From Octopus sinensis (Eukaryota), in NCBI RefSeq assembly GCF_006345805.1, contig NC_042998.1, positions 10,974,001-11,038,000 of the forward strand: a stretch of DNA of 64,000 nucleotides. The letters run 5' to 3'. The first letter of the stretch is position 1. Every line of letters starts with the position of its first letter. Position numbers and translations under genes: made by a program. The notes below the pieces were generated by a model that was not told where the DNA came from, made no database searches, and saw only the letters and a list, made by a program, of their open reading frames with translations. Of the stretch, positions 13,143 through 25,577 are shown piece after piece.

Positions 13143-13380
13143 CGGATCTTTTCTATTCTGAAGCCAGTTTTTTCAAATTTTTCCTACTGAACCAAACAAT
13201 TTGAAACTTCGTATACTGGTAGAATGTGTCAAAAGTAAACTTAATTGTAAACCAGAATGAAAACGGAATTGTAACTTCTAAGTTTAACGTTGTTTAATAA
13301 TTAGAATTTTAACCAATGATATTCCGTCATTCGGCTTTATTTTATTTACTCCGTCTCGACCACCAATTTCGTGACGTATT
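13143..13380 (+). repeat. Unclassified dispersed repeat with GGATCTTTTC terminus (possible DNA-transposon end)
   Basis: Homologous reverse-orientation copies at ~14082-14331 and ~26100-26350 both end GAAAAGATCCCT and share similar TATAC/ACGAAGTTT and CATTGGTT motifs. Confidence 0.55.
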
Positions 13381-14081
13381 AAACAATGTAAACAAGCTAT
13401 AGTCAGCCACCTTCTAATTACAAAAGTTTGTCTTTGAAGTTACCGTCTAGGGGAAGCATTGATGTACATGTGTGTGTGTGTGTGTTTCATGGGGTGTGGG
13501 AGACAGTATGTTGTGTAAGTGAAGTGCTTCTGTTAGTGTGTGTGAAGAGACAGAGAGAGTAATGTGTGAAAGAGAGAGATAACTGAAATTTTTTACTCGG
13601 TGTATGTGTATATGCCTGAATGTATGTGTGTATGTATCTGTGTATGTGTATGTATGTATGTATGTATGGCCGATTCAATTCAATGTAATTTTTTACACAT
13701 ACTTACACACACACACACATACATACACACACACATGCAGACATACATATACACACACACCGAGTAAAAAATTATATATATATATATATATAATATATAT
13801 ATATATATTAATTTATAAAAATATGGTAAAGTAAAAAAATTACTTAACCACACACCGAGCTTTTTAGAAATAGCAGCCAAAAATTTCTCAACTGCAAGAA
13901 AAAGTCTCCCAGACAATGCATACTCAGAAATAATTCACATACGTATAAGAGAAAAACAACGAAAAATCACATGGATTCTCCGATATATGTTATAAAAATA
14001 TGGATTCTCCGATATAATTTATAAAAATATGGTAAAGTAAAAAAATTACTTTACCACACACAAAGCTTTTTAGAAATAGCA

Positions 14082-14331
14082 GACGTCACAAAACTGCTTT
14101 CAACGTCACACTAACAGATCGCAGTAACGTTTTAGATATGAAAACAAGCAATCTCATTGGTTAAAATTCGCAGTTTTAATCTACGATTAAAGTCATAAGA
14201 TAGATTTTTCTCAAATAAATTAGTTCCAACTGGCGAATAAACTAGTTCCACTCTATGAGTACACAAAGTTTCAAATTATTTAGTTAACTAGAAAGATCTG
14301 GGGTCCTGGCCACAAATTTGAAAAGATCCCT
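14082..14331 (-). repeat. Copy of the GGATCTTTTC-terminus repeat
   Basis: Ends GAAAAGATCCCT; similar to 26100-26350. Confidence 0.55.
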
Positions 14332-14580
14332 ATCAACCCACAATGTATCAAGGTATGTCTCATGCCATGTCTTTCATTACAAACTGAGTGTGAGCAAAAC
14401 CTTAAATGCGTTTAGGTACTTCTGATACACGTCTTTAATCACAAACCTGAAAGTATACTCAAAACGGAGGTTTCGTTGCTTTGGTTTGTTAAAATCTCTA
14501 CGCTTCTGTATAGCAGTAAGACAGTAGCATATCAACATCAAATACGTCAACTTGAAAGACTTTGTGTAAAAATATCATAG

Positions 14581-14749
14581 ATACAGGAGTGGCTGTGTGG
14601 TAAGTAGCTTGTTTACCAACCACATGGTTCCGGGTTCAGTCCCACTGCGTGGCACCTTGGACAAGTGTCTTCTATTATAGCCTAGGGCCGACCAAAGCCT
14701 TGTGTGTGGATTTGGTAGACGGAAACTGAAAGAAGCCCATCGTATATAT

Positions 14750-14787
<38 letters not shown>

Positions 14788-14998
14788 TTGTGTGTCTGTG
14801 TTTGTCCCCCCAACATTGTTTGACAACCGATGCTGGTGTGTTTATGTCCCCGTTACTTAGCGGTTCGGCAAAAGAGACCGATAGAATAAGTACTGGGCTT
14901 ACAAAGAATAAGTCCCGGGGTCGATTTGCTCGACTAAAGGCGGTGCTCCAGCATGGCCGCAGTCAACTGACTGAAACAAGTAAAAGAGTAAAAGAGTA
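14581..14998 (+). mobile_element. SINE family A, full length
   Basis: Near-identical to 8532-8936. Confidence 0.93.
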
Positions 14999-15401
14999 TA
15001 TATATATGTACATATATATATGCCTGTGTGTGTGTGGGTCTGTGTATATATATATATATATATATATCTTTCACACACGCATACATACATATATATGCAC
15101 ACACATGAAGTTCAAAAGTAACAGTAGTCACCATCGTCGTCGTCGTCGTAGTTGTAGTTGTGCAGTTAGCTTCAGTGTTCAGTTATGAATGAAGAAACCA
15201 TAGCAACACTGTCTACGCAGTGCAAATGATATCGTGTCGCACAGGATGCCCTTCAGCAGGGATCTTTCGCTCATGCAATGTGCAGGACCCGCCCAACTCT
15301 GGTACGTGCGCTGAATAAGATAGTGTATATGTACTCCATACCATTTTACTAATGATTATGGCATAATTTAAAAGCTGCAATGGATAGTCTCTCTCTCTTC
15401 C

Positions 15402-15502
<101 letters not shown>

Positions 15503-15840
15503 GAAATATGTTACGAAAGAATATATAAAATACACGTGGAAATGTAAGGGTAAAATATGAAAAATCAACGAAAATGCACATTGCAAATAAAAAAAGGCTA
15601 TTTATGACAGGTAGTGACAAATATATACATTTAGATTGACTGAGGTAGTAATACGAGTCATAAAAGTCATTATTATGAGATGATTATAACATGATAATAA
15701 AGTAAGAGAACAAAACGGACCATGATTTACGCAAAGCTATTCATCGTTTGATATATATATATTAGTAGTAATGGTTTTATATATATATGTGTATACATTA
15801 ATAGTAATGGTTATATATATATATTATATATATTATATAT

Positions 15841-15875
<35 letters not shown>

Positions 15876-15896
15876 GGCAGCGGCTTATATATAAGC

Positions 15897-15979
15897 GCCA
15901 TACTGAGCGCCATACTAATACATTGTTTGTTTGTTTCCCACCTGCCTTCGTCTTTTGTCTATTTTCATAAAGCTTCCCG

Positions 15980-15981
<2 letters not shown>
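15897..15981 (+). repeat. Fragment of the Penelope-like short repeat family also at 18205-18405 and 50695-50900
   Basis: CTGAGCGCCATACTAATACA...CCACCTGCCTTCGTCTTTTG...CTTCCCGTTA. Confidence 0.8.
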
Positions 15982-16035
<54 letters not shown>

Positions 16036-16272
16036 AGACCGGAGTAACACATAAATGTGAAACAAGGTGGAAAAAGAGTACTCAAATACCAGTGGTAGAG
16101 TAATATGCTTTATTTTAAGCAGCAGAAATTCAACAAAATCTGTTATGGGTACATAGATTCAGATGAATGTGGTAATTAAGTTGAGGCACCAGCATTTAGT
16201 ACGGTATTATCCTCACAATTTCAAAGTAAGGTGATTTAAATCAAAACAAGCAACAAGGATATCCAGAGGTAA

Positions 16273-16359
16273 TGCAGTACGATCGTTTCATGCAATTCCA
16301 TTTAATTGAAGAATGCAATCATTAGATCAATTTAGAAAGCAGAGCAATCCTCAGTTGCA
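16273..16359 (-). ncRNA. Type I hammerhead ribozyme (one mismatch in stem I and one in stem II)
   Basis: Minus strand: TGCAA-CTGAGGA-TTGC..(50 nt)..GCAT-GAAA-C-GATC-GTA-CTGCA. Confidence 0.7.
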
Positions 16360-16875
16360 CAAAGACATAGAATTAAATTAAATTAGAACAGATGGATGCA
16401 TTAGTATAATTATACCTAAAATCTTCAAGAAGTTAAGGAGATAGACAAACGAACATGCTGTCTCCACTCCAGCATAGAAGTTACTAAGTTATCAAGAAGA
16501 TATACATTGTTACAGACTCTGCCTGCCACTGATTTTTTTTTTTTTTGCTTTTATAGGGTCAGTTTTAATTTATAGACTAGTTTATCAAATCCTTGTATAT
16601 CTAAGGCTGAAAGAACAGAGGCAATATGTATTAGGGGTAGGGCTGAGGGAGCAGAGAGAAATCATAGTTGGTGTAGTCATAAAAATCAAGACTTATTTGA
16701 AGCAATACCATGAGGTTTGGCAAAAGGAAAACTTAAAACAAAATGTTAGCTGACAATTAAGGGGGTCGCCCACTAGCAGACCACCGATAATGAAACTGGG
16801 GATCTTTAGAAATTACTTGATTTATCTCTTTCTTAAATGGCGCTACACTCCTGATTCTGTTTCTTTCTTTCTTTT

Positions 16876-17082
16876 TTTTTTACTTGTTTCAGTCATTTGA
16901 CTGCGGCCATGCTGGAGCACCGCCTTTAGTCAAGCAGATCGACCCCGGGACTTATTCTTTGTAAGCCCAGTACTTATTCTATCGGTCTCTTTTTGCCGAA
17001 CCGCTAAGTGACGGGGACATAAACACACCAGCATCGGTTGTCAAGCAATGCTAGGGGGACAAACACTGGCACACAAACATAT

Positions 17083-17115
<33 letters not shown>

Positions 17116-17281
17116 CATACGACAGGCTTCTCTTAGTTTCCGTCTACCAAATCCACTCACAAGGCATTGGTCGGCCCGGGGCTATAGCAGAAGACACTTG
17201 CCCAAGATGCCACGCAGTGGGACTGAACCCGGAAACATGTGATTGGCAAGCAACTACTTACCACACAGCCACTCCTGCGCC
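16876..17281 (-). mobile_element. SINE family A, full length
   Basis: Reverse complement of 14581-14998. Confidence 0.93.
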
Positions 17282-18166
17282 TTAGTATTTATAAAGGCCT
17301 TTATATAAATAACCCTTCTAAACAAGAACCACTAAGACACTATAAATATCATGTCGGGAGTAACAATAACTTCTTAAACCTATAATATAACACTTAGTTT
17401 TTAAAAAAAGATTAGTGTAAAATATGAATGTTCCATAACCTAAATATTCCTTTAGCTGATACCAGACATCAGTCTTTTATCGATATTGGCTATATAAGCA
17501 AATATATAAGTTTTAGTCTAATATATTTTGAATTATTATACTTTTTCTATAAATCTCTATAAGTGTTAATAAGCTACATATATTTTACCATAGTATTAGT
17601 AATTAAGCTATTTTATTCCATTTCTATGGTGTTGTGCCCTACTTGATTATTTTTATTTTGTTTCTTTACTATTTTATTTTAGTTTTCTTTATTTATTTAT
17701 AAAATTGATCTAATTTTTGTATCTCTATAAATTCATACTTAACTTATATAGCAACTGTGTTTGCGCTAATACGTATTCGTTTGCTAATTAACTTGTATCC
17801 TAAACCATTCTTGTGCAAATTAAAAAGAATTTTCTTCAAATCTTCAGAAAATTATTTTCCTTTTGGTACCATTTTGATCACAGTGAAGAAGGTTTTAATC
17901 ACGGTACACAAATCAAAATTTCTGCAGATGCAATAACAATGACCGGTGCAAAAATGCCAGGAAAAATAAGTTATTAGAATTCAAATTATCAGCAATACTG
18001 AACTTAGTACAAAAAAGCGGATGAAATATTGAATATAGTAAATTTCCGTTAGGGTGTACATAGTTTTGTAACGTTTGAAAATTAATATTTCGTTCATATA
18101 TTTGAAAATGTTTCTTGTTTAGTGTTCCAAATTTGTATAATGCTTGCATTGAGATACTGTATATGT

Positions 18167-18198
<32 letters not shown>

Positions 18199-18269
18199 GT
18201 ATATGATAGATCGTTAGCTCCTACACACATTTTTTCTCCTTGTTTCTCTCCTTGTTTCTTTCTGTCTAC

Positions 18270-18305
18270 CTTTCTGTCGAAGAGCGTAGGCTCGAAACGT
18301 AAAAG
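18270..18305 (+). ncRNA. Minimal hammerhead variant (core CUGUCGAA) in a ~200 bp (TA)n-flanked repeat (18205-18405)
   Basis: CTTT-CTGTCGAA-GAGC-GTAG-GCTC-GAAA-CGTA-AAAG. Layout is that of Penelope-type minimal HHRs but the core is non-canonical. Confidence 0.55.
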
Positions 18306-18423
18306 ACTTGTTCTATTTCTATTCCTGAGCGCCATACTAATACATTTGTTTGTTTGTACTCCACCTGCCTTCGTCTTTTGTTTATTTTCGTAAACCTTCC
18401 CGTTACATATATATATATGTATG

Positions 18424-18463
<40 letters not shown>

Positions 18464-19452
18464 TATATGCATCTGTCTATATATGTTTATATAAATACAC
18501 ACACTTGCGCGCGTACGCGCACACAAATATACACATCCCAGAGTGTGACAGGTTCGAAAGGTGTATTCCACCACTTATAATGTAGTACTAAAAAAGATAT
18601 GTCTGAAGGTAAATACACCACCTATAACTTAATCGTTAGTATTACAGAATATATCTTTGCCTGATAAACGATCATGCATTAAGAGATGAAGTTTAACCTA
18701 TATATCTACATGTCTAGGAACGCGCGCCACCACACACACGCACGCACACATATTTGTAGCTTACAAGAGTGCTTGACAGGCTATGAGAATATCGAATACC
18801 AAATTGTTTGGGGGGTGGAGCTGGAGGTGAGTACATTTGGAAGAAATGCTACGAATTGTTTTGTGAGATTACATGACAGGTGTAGGAGCGATACATCAGA
18901 CGCGTAAGCAACATGCCGTCGTCTTGAGCAAAGTGAAAGTCGTTAGAACATCTAATTACTTCCGTGTTGTTTACGGAAGACAGTAGCTTGCTAAAACCCT
19001 TTCTCGGTGAATTATGTAATTACAATGTGATGTCACGAATCGATTCAGCGCGTATTGTTTCAATATATAAAGTGTTTCGCAATTCACGCAAGCATTTTAT
19101 TTCTATATACCACAGAAATGCCACAGAAACTCTGAAAGTAACCTGATATATATATATGTATATATGAAAGAAGTTAAACATAGCAGTTAAATTGCCAAGA
19201 AGATGCCTTTGTTTATTATATTGCATCATAACACATTTTAAAGTGCAAGTATGAACACTAACACATAGATGAAATGTCACGTAGGCAAAAAAGAACTTAG
19301 TATGACAGCGCAATAATTAAAAAGGGAAGATTCTATGTGTATTATATGTTTTGTTTCAACTGTATACATACATACCTAGATACATACATATACATATATA
19401 TATATTATATATATCTATATATATATATATATTATATAATATATATATATAC

Positions 19453-19483
<31 letters not shown>

Positions 19484-19505
19484 CATACATATATATATAT
19501 ATATC

Positions 19506-19538
<33 letters not shown>

Positions 19539-19554
19539 TTACATATATATATAT

Positions 19555-19599
<45 letters not shown>

Positions 19600-19748
19600 T
19601 ATTTATATTATAGAGGGCATTATACATACATGCAGGAGGCATTCTACATACACGCCATACGCTAAGAGGGACAATCAGCATTTCTACCAAAAATATTACT
19701 AATCCCACCGAATGCAATTTTTCAAAGAAAGACATTTAAAAATATATA

Positions 19749-19794
19749 GACCTGTATCACAGTGATTTCATACTTACGTAATCATCAGCAGGCC
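19749..19794 (-). ncRNA. Type I hammerhead ribozyme
   Basis: Reverse complement of 20778-20823. Confidence 0.8.
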
Positions 19795-20223
19795 TGAATT
19801 ATACCATAAATAAACAACGACCCCGCCTCGCTTAAGCCGATCAGCTACTGATCAACATCAACGAGCACATGGTTGAATTTATTACATACTATATCCGGAT
19901 GAATGCAAACTTTTACGAATTGCATTTCGGGAGAGGAAAAGTTTTTTCGGAATATAAAATTAGCAATTAAGGACAACTACTTAATAAGGAAAACTTAACA
20001 AGAAATTGTCAGGAGAAGCGTAAAAACCTCATAAGAGAAAAAATTTCGAAAATAATTATTTCTTATTGAACATATTAATTTATATATAGAGGAATTAACA
20101 TACATGCCCGGAGGGCATTCTACATACACGCCATACGAAAGAGGACAATCAGTCATTTCTACCAAAAATATTACTAATCCCACCGAATGAAATTTTTCAA
20201 AGAAAGACATTTAAAAATATATA

Positions 20224-20269
20224 GACCTGTATCACAGTGATTTCATACTTACGTAATCATCAGCAGGCC
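20224..20269 (-). ncRNA. Type I hammerhead ribozyme
   Basis: Reverse complement of 20778-20823. Confidence 0.8.
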
Positions 20270-20777
20270 TGAATATACCATAAATACACAACGACCCCGC
20301 CTCGCTTAAGCCGATCAGCTAACTGATCAACATCAACGAAGCACCATGGTTGATTTTATACATACTATATCCGGATGAATGGCAAACTTTTACGAATTGC
20401 ATTTCGGGAGAGGAAAAGTTTTTTCGGAATAAAAATTTAGCAATTAAGGACAACTACTTAATAAGGAAAACTTAACAAGAAATTGTCAGGTAGATAGCGT
20501 AAAAACCTCATAAGAGAAAAAATTTCAAAATAAATTATTCTATGAACATATTAATTTATATATATTTGCTTATCTACCTGACAATTTCTTGTTAAGTTTT
20601 CCTTATTAAGTAGTTGGTCCTTAATGCTAAATTGTTATTCCGAAAAACCTTTCCTCTCCCGAATGCAATCGTAAAAGTTTGCATTCATCCGGATATAGTA
20701 TGTCTACAATCTATCAAACAGTTGAGTTTGATCGGTTAGCGATCGGCGGGGCGGTCGGGGTTTTTATTGGTATATCA

Positions 20778-20823
20778 GGCCTGCTGATGATTACGTAAGT
20801 ATGAAATCACTGTGATACAGGTC
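20778..20823 (+). ncRNA. Type I hammerhead ribozyme
   Basis: GGCCTG-CTGATGA-TTAC-GTAA-GTAT-GAAA-TCACTGTGA-TA-CAGGTC. Stem I is 6 bp, stem II has a GTAA tetraloop, stem III is palindromic, triplet AUA. Confidence 0.82.
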
Positions 20824-21083
20824 TATATATTTTTAAATGTCTTTCTTTGAAAAATTGCATTCGTGGGATTAGTAATATTTTGGGTAGAAATGACTGATTG
20901 TCCCTCTTAGCGTATGGCGTGTATGTAGAATGCCTCCTGGATGTATGTATAATGCCCTCTATATATATTAATATGTTCAATAAGAAATAATTATTTCGAA
21001 ATTTTTTCTCTTATGAGGTTTTTACGCTATCTACCTGACAATTTCTTGTTAAGGTTTCCTTATTAAGTAGTTGTCCTTATTGC

Positions 21084-21115
<32 letters not shown>

Positions 21116-21319
21116 ACTATATATATATATACATATATATATATACATACATATATATATATAATATATATATATACATATATATATATATTATATATAT
21201 ATATATATACATACATATATATATATACATGCATATATGGCAACAGGGCGTCACTAAGGGTGCAAATAACATGAAATGAAATGAGTGCGTACATGCGTGT
21301 GTGTGAGTTTGTGTTTGCG

Positions 21320-22524
21320 TATATATACCTAAAAGTAACTGGAAACGTCTGTAGGACAAGGCGTTGTAGTTCAGGCCTCCGCCACTAGAAATCACTTCAT
21401 GCATCCCTCAATCATTATAATGCTGACCGATGTCGTTGAGTGTAATCTTATGGCCACGTGGTGCGAACTTCGCTTTGCAGTGCTTCTCCCCTGTTCGTAG
21501 ATTTTTTGCGATGGCTGAAACAGAGGAACAACGTGCTTCCGTGAAATTCTGTTTTCTGCTGGAGAAAACGGTGTCCGAAACAGTTTCATGTTTGTAACAG
21601 CTTACAAAGATGTTACTATGAGCAAAACACAAGTTTACAAGTTGTTTTCACGCTTTAGGAACGGTCACCTGTCGCCTGAAGACCAACCTCATTCAGGAAG
21701 ACCGTCGACACATCCGGAGAGAATGAAAGCATTGAAAATTCCTGATCTAATCTTGGCGAACCATCACTGAACAATTGACGAACTTGTTAATATGACTGCG
21801 GTGTCCAGGAGCTCCTACTAGCGAATTTATAGCGAGGAATTGCGAATGAAAGGCGCAGTAAAATCTATGCCTCGATTGATCACGGAAGATCAAAAGCAGT
21901 CACGAGTGAATGCGTGTGGTAAAATGAAAGAACAGTAGGAAGTGAATCGGGACCTTTTTTTGAAGGTCATCATTGGTGATGAAAGCTGGTGCTACGAAAT
22001 TTTGCACATGTGGAAGAAGCGAAGAAAAGAAAGATGGAGGCGTTAATAGGCATAACTTTGAAAGAGTTCCAGCACTGCTTCAAACAGTCGAAAACGTGTC
22101 TAGACTGATGCATTCCTTTAAATAAAGAATACTTTGAAGGCAATTGCAGCGTGGAAGGTGTTTGTAAGCCATTTAAGAAACACACAAAGGCCGTTCGATT
22201 CACTTCAACATTTAAGTTTAATTTGTCAAAATATTTTCGTCGCTTTAAGACCGCGACCTGTTCACTGACAAAAATCCGTGCTGCACAAATTAAACTTAAA
22301 TGTTGAAGTGAATCGAACGGCCTTTGTGTGTTTCTTAAATGGCTTACAAACATCTTCCATGCTGCAATTGTTTTCGTTTCAGCACACGATCTCAGATCAA
22401 ATCACTTGCTATGCAAGTACATCTCCGTAAAACTTTGAAGGCAATGAAAATGTAAATATGTAAAAACTAAGTGAATAAAATAATATTGCAAAATTCCGGT
22501 TTTTGGGGGGATACCCTTTGTATA
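21320..22524 (+). mobile_element. Degenerate, internally deleted mariner transposon
   Basis: EQRASVKFCFLLEKT...AYKDVTMSKTQVYKLFSRFRNGHLSPEDQPHSGRPS, then IIGDESWCY, then the C-terminal FQHCFKQ...YFEG. Stops and frameshifts present. Confidence 0.85.
22145..22431. mobile_element. 287 bp fold-back insertion with a 14 bp target-site duplication, nested in the mariner; Penelope-like
   Basis: TSD ACTTTGAAGGCAAT at 22131-22144 and 22432-22445. Inverted arms at 22141-22226 and 22285-22370. HHR-shaped fold at 22223-22271(-). Confidence 0.85.
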
Positions 22525-22921
22525 TGAATATGTGTGTGTATGTGTTCATATAATACTTATCATCACTTCTACAATGCTCATAGACGGTTGCTTACACATG
22601 CTAAAATGTTTAGCTACTTTATATGGAGTTAATCAATACGTTATATAGAGGATTAATTGTTATTTTTAGAAAGAAATGGCCGTTATTTGATATATAAATA
22701 GCTTAAATTATTTGGGGATAACGTATACCATGCCAATATTCAAATGAATATTATTTTAATTCAACAAGTACTTACATTTTGAAACTTAATATATATTTCA
22801 AAATTTAGAAGAAAATAATAATTGCACCACTGTGACTTTACTTGATAATATTCACTGTGGTAAAACTAACTCAGTGATATTCGCTTAATATTCTGTGTAT
22901 GTGTGGGGGTGGGGTGGGGTA

Positions 22922-22968
<47 letters not shown>

Positions 22969-23183
22969 GCGTGCATTCATGTATGTCTTCTGTATTTAAT
23001 AATTTAAATTCTTCCTCTGAAGGAGCTGGTTTCTCATAAAGACGCAAAACTCCATCATTGCTACGTCGATAACGAAAAAATGTCACATTTTAAACCTGAG
23101 AAAAGTCTTGTACAGTTTTACTGTTCCACTTACAGATTGTATTTGTAATATGTGAGTCAGTTGGTTGATTTCTTTTTCTGAAA

Positions 23184-23216
<33 letters not shown>

Positions 23217-23979
23217 TGTATGTATGTATGTATGTATGGATGGATGGATGGATGGATGGATGGATGGATATATTGCATACAAGAATTTCAATATCTGTCT
23301 CTGAGTTATAAGCATTGATTGACTAGAAATGTCATTAAAGATTTACCGACCGTGACTATTCCATCATTTGTTGAGACATAATACGACAAAATTCCTCTAC
23401 TTAGAGGGGCGAATTCCTCTACTTATAAAAAAAGTAACGTTACAGAAGCATCGGTGAAAATTCAATATGATTCGGAAGAGGAAAGAACAGCCTAGAGTCG
23501 GGAACAAAGGTAGAACAGTTGTCGATGGCTGATGCTGCATAGGAAGTGAAGTGCTTATGAAAGTATTTTTAACAGTGTGAATGAACAAAATGGGTGTACT
23601 TTCAGGGACGTTTGGATGACATTTCTTACAGATCAATCTACTGCATAGACTTTGTCTCATTGCTAAGTTTTGCATTTGTAAATGAAACTATTCATGAGGT
23701 ATTTTGTCTGTTTGGTTCAGTGAAGATTTTATTCCCGAAACTTGTTCTTTGGTCTATTAGTTTTATGCTAATTAATACGTTTGATGTCGTGCTTTAATTT
23801 CACATTCCTTGCTGTAGTTGTAGCTGCTGTGGACGATATGTTAGCAATATATCGACGTAGTGTGGGATATCCTTCACAGATGCAGGAGATTAAAAGACAC
23901 CTCTGAAACACAGAGCACATCCAGACAAAACATAAATCCTTACATATCACACAGATACATACATATTTGCGAAGCACAG

Positions 23980-24685
23980 AAACACACATACACATGCAAA
24001 CACACATACACATGCAAACACACATACACATGCAAACATACATACACATGCAAACACACATACACATGCAAACACACATACACATGCAAACACACATACA
24101 CATGCAAACACACATACACATGCAAACACACATACACATGCAAACACACATACACATGCAAACACACATACACATGCAAACATACATACACATGCAAACA
24201 TACATACACATGCAAACATACATACACATGCAAACACACATACACATGCAAACACACATACACATGCAAACACACATACACATGCAAACACACATACACA
24301 TGCAAACACACATACACATGCAAACCACATACACATGCAAACACACATACCATGCAAACATACATACACTGCAAACATACTACAACACATGCACACACAT
24401 ACACATGCAAACACACATACACATGCAACATACATACACATGCAAACACCATACACATGCACACACATACACATGCAAACCACATACACATGCAAACACA
24501 TCACATGCAAACACACATACACATGCAAACATATACACATGCAACACACACATACACATGCAAACACACATACACATGCAAACACACATACACATGCAAA
24601 CACACATACACATGCAAACACACATACACATGCAAACTACATACACATGCAAACACACATACACATGCAAACACACATACACATA
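23980..24685. repeat. 18 bp minisatellite (ACACACATACACATGCAA)n
   Basis: Directly visible; translates as HTYTCK/MQTHIH repeats. Confidence 0.95.
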
Positions 24686-24923
24686 TGATGTTGATAAACT
24701 TACATTAACCACCATCTATAAAAGTAACTAGATAGTCATTCTTGGTATGTGCACTTGCCAGCGGTAAAAATCATGTGAGTTATATTTAGTGCAACTATTT
24801 CCTGGGTTGAAATATATATTTCTCTCACACTTATGCAACCGCATACACATACTTCGATACATAAATTCACACACATACCCTTATGCATATATGCAAGTAT
24901 GCTTGCAGATATAGATATGCACT

Positions 24924-25243
24924 CATACATACATACATACATACATACATACATACATACATACATACATACATACCACATACATACATACATACATACA
25001 TACATACATACATACATACATACATACACACATACATACATACATACATACATACATACATACATACATACATACATACATACATACATACACACATACA
25101 TACATACTACATACATACATACATACATACATACATACATACATACATACATACATACATACATACACACATACATACATACATACATACATACATACAT
25201 ACATACATACATACATACACACATACATACATACATACATACA

Positions 25244-25277
<34 letters not shown>

Positions 25278-25577
25278 CATACATACATACATACATACAT
25301 ACATACATACACACATACATACATACACACATACATACATACATACATACATACACACATACATACATACATACATACATACACACATACACACATACAT
25401 ACATACATACACACATACATACATACATACATACATGCATACATACACATACACACATACATACATACATACATACATACATACATACATACACACATAC
25501 ATACATACATACATACATACATACATACATACATACATACATACATACATACATACATACATACATACATACATACA
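24924..25577. repeat. (ACAT)n microsatellite
   Basis: Directly visible. Confidence 0.97.

Larger units (their letters stand above)
19608..21085. repeat. 475 bp HHR-bearing monomer: two tandem copies plus about one inverted copy, inside (TA)n
   Basis: Identical HHR at 19749-19794(-), 20224-20269(-) and 20778-20823(+); flanking sequence repeats accordingly. Confidence 0.9.

Noticed and set aside
18880-19150. Possible Tc1/mariner remnant with one TIR-like end
   Set aside because: No matching second TIR or clear transposase motif found.
22871-23100. ORF MTFFRYRRSNDGVLRLYEKP... with a nearby acceptor-like site
   Set aside because: An in-frame stop lies between the acceptor and the ORF, the ORF runs into a microsatellite, and no domain is recognisable.
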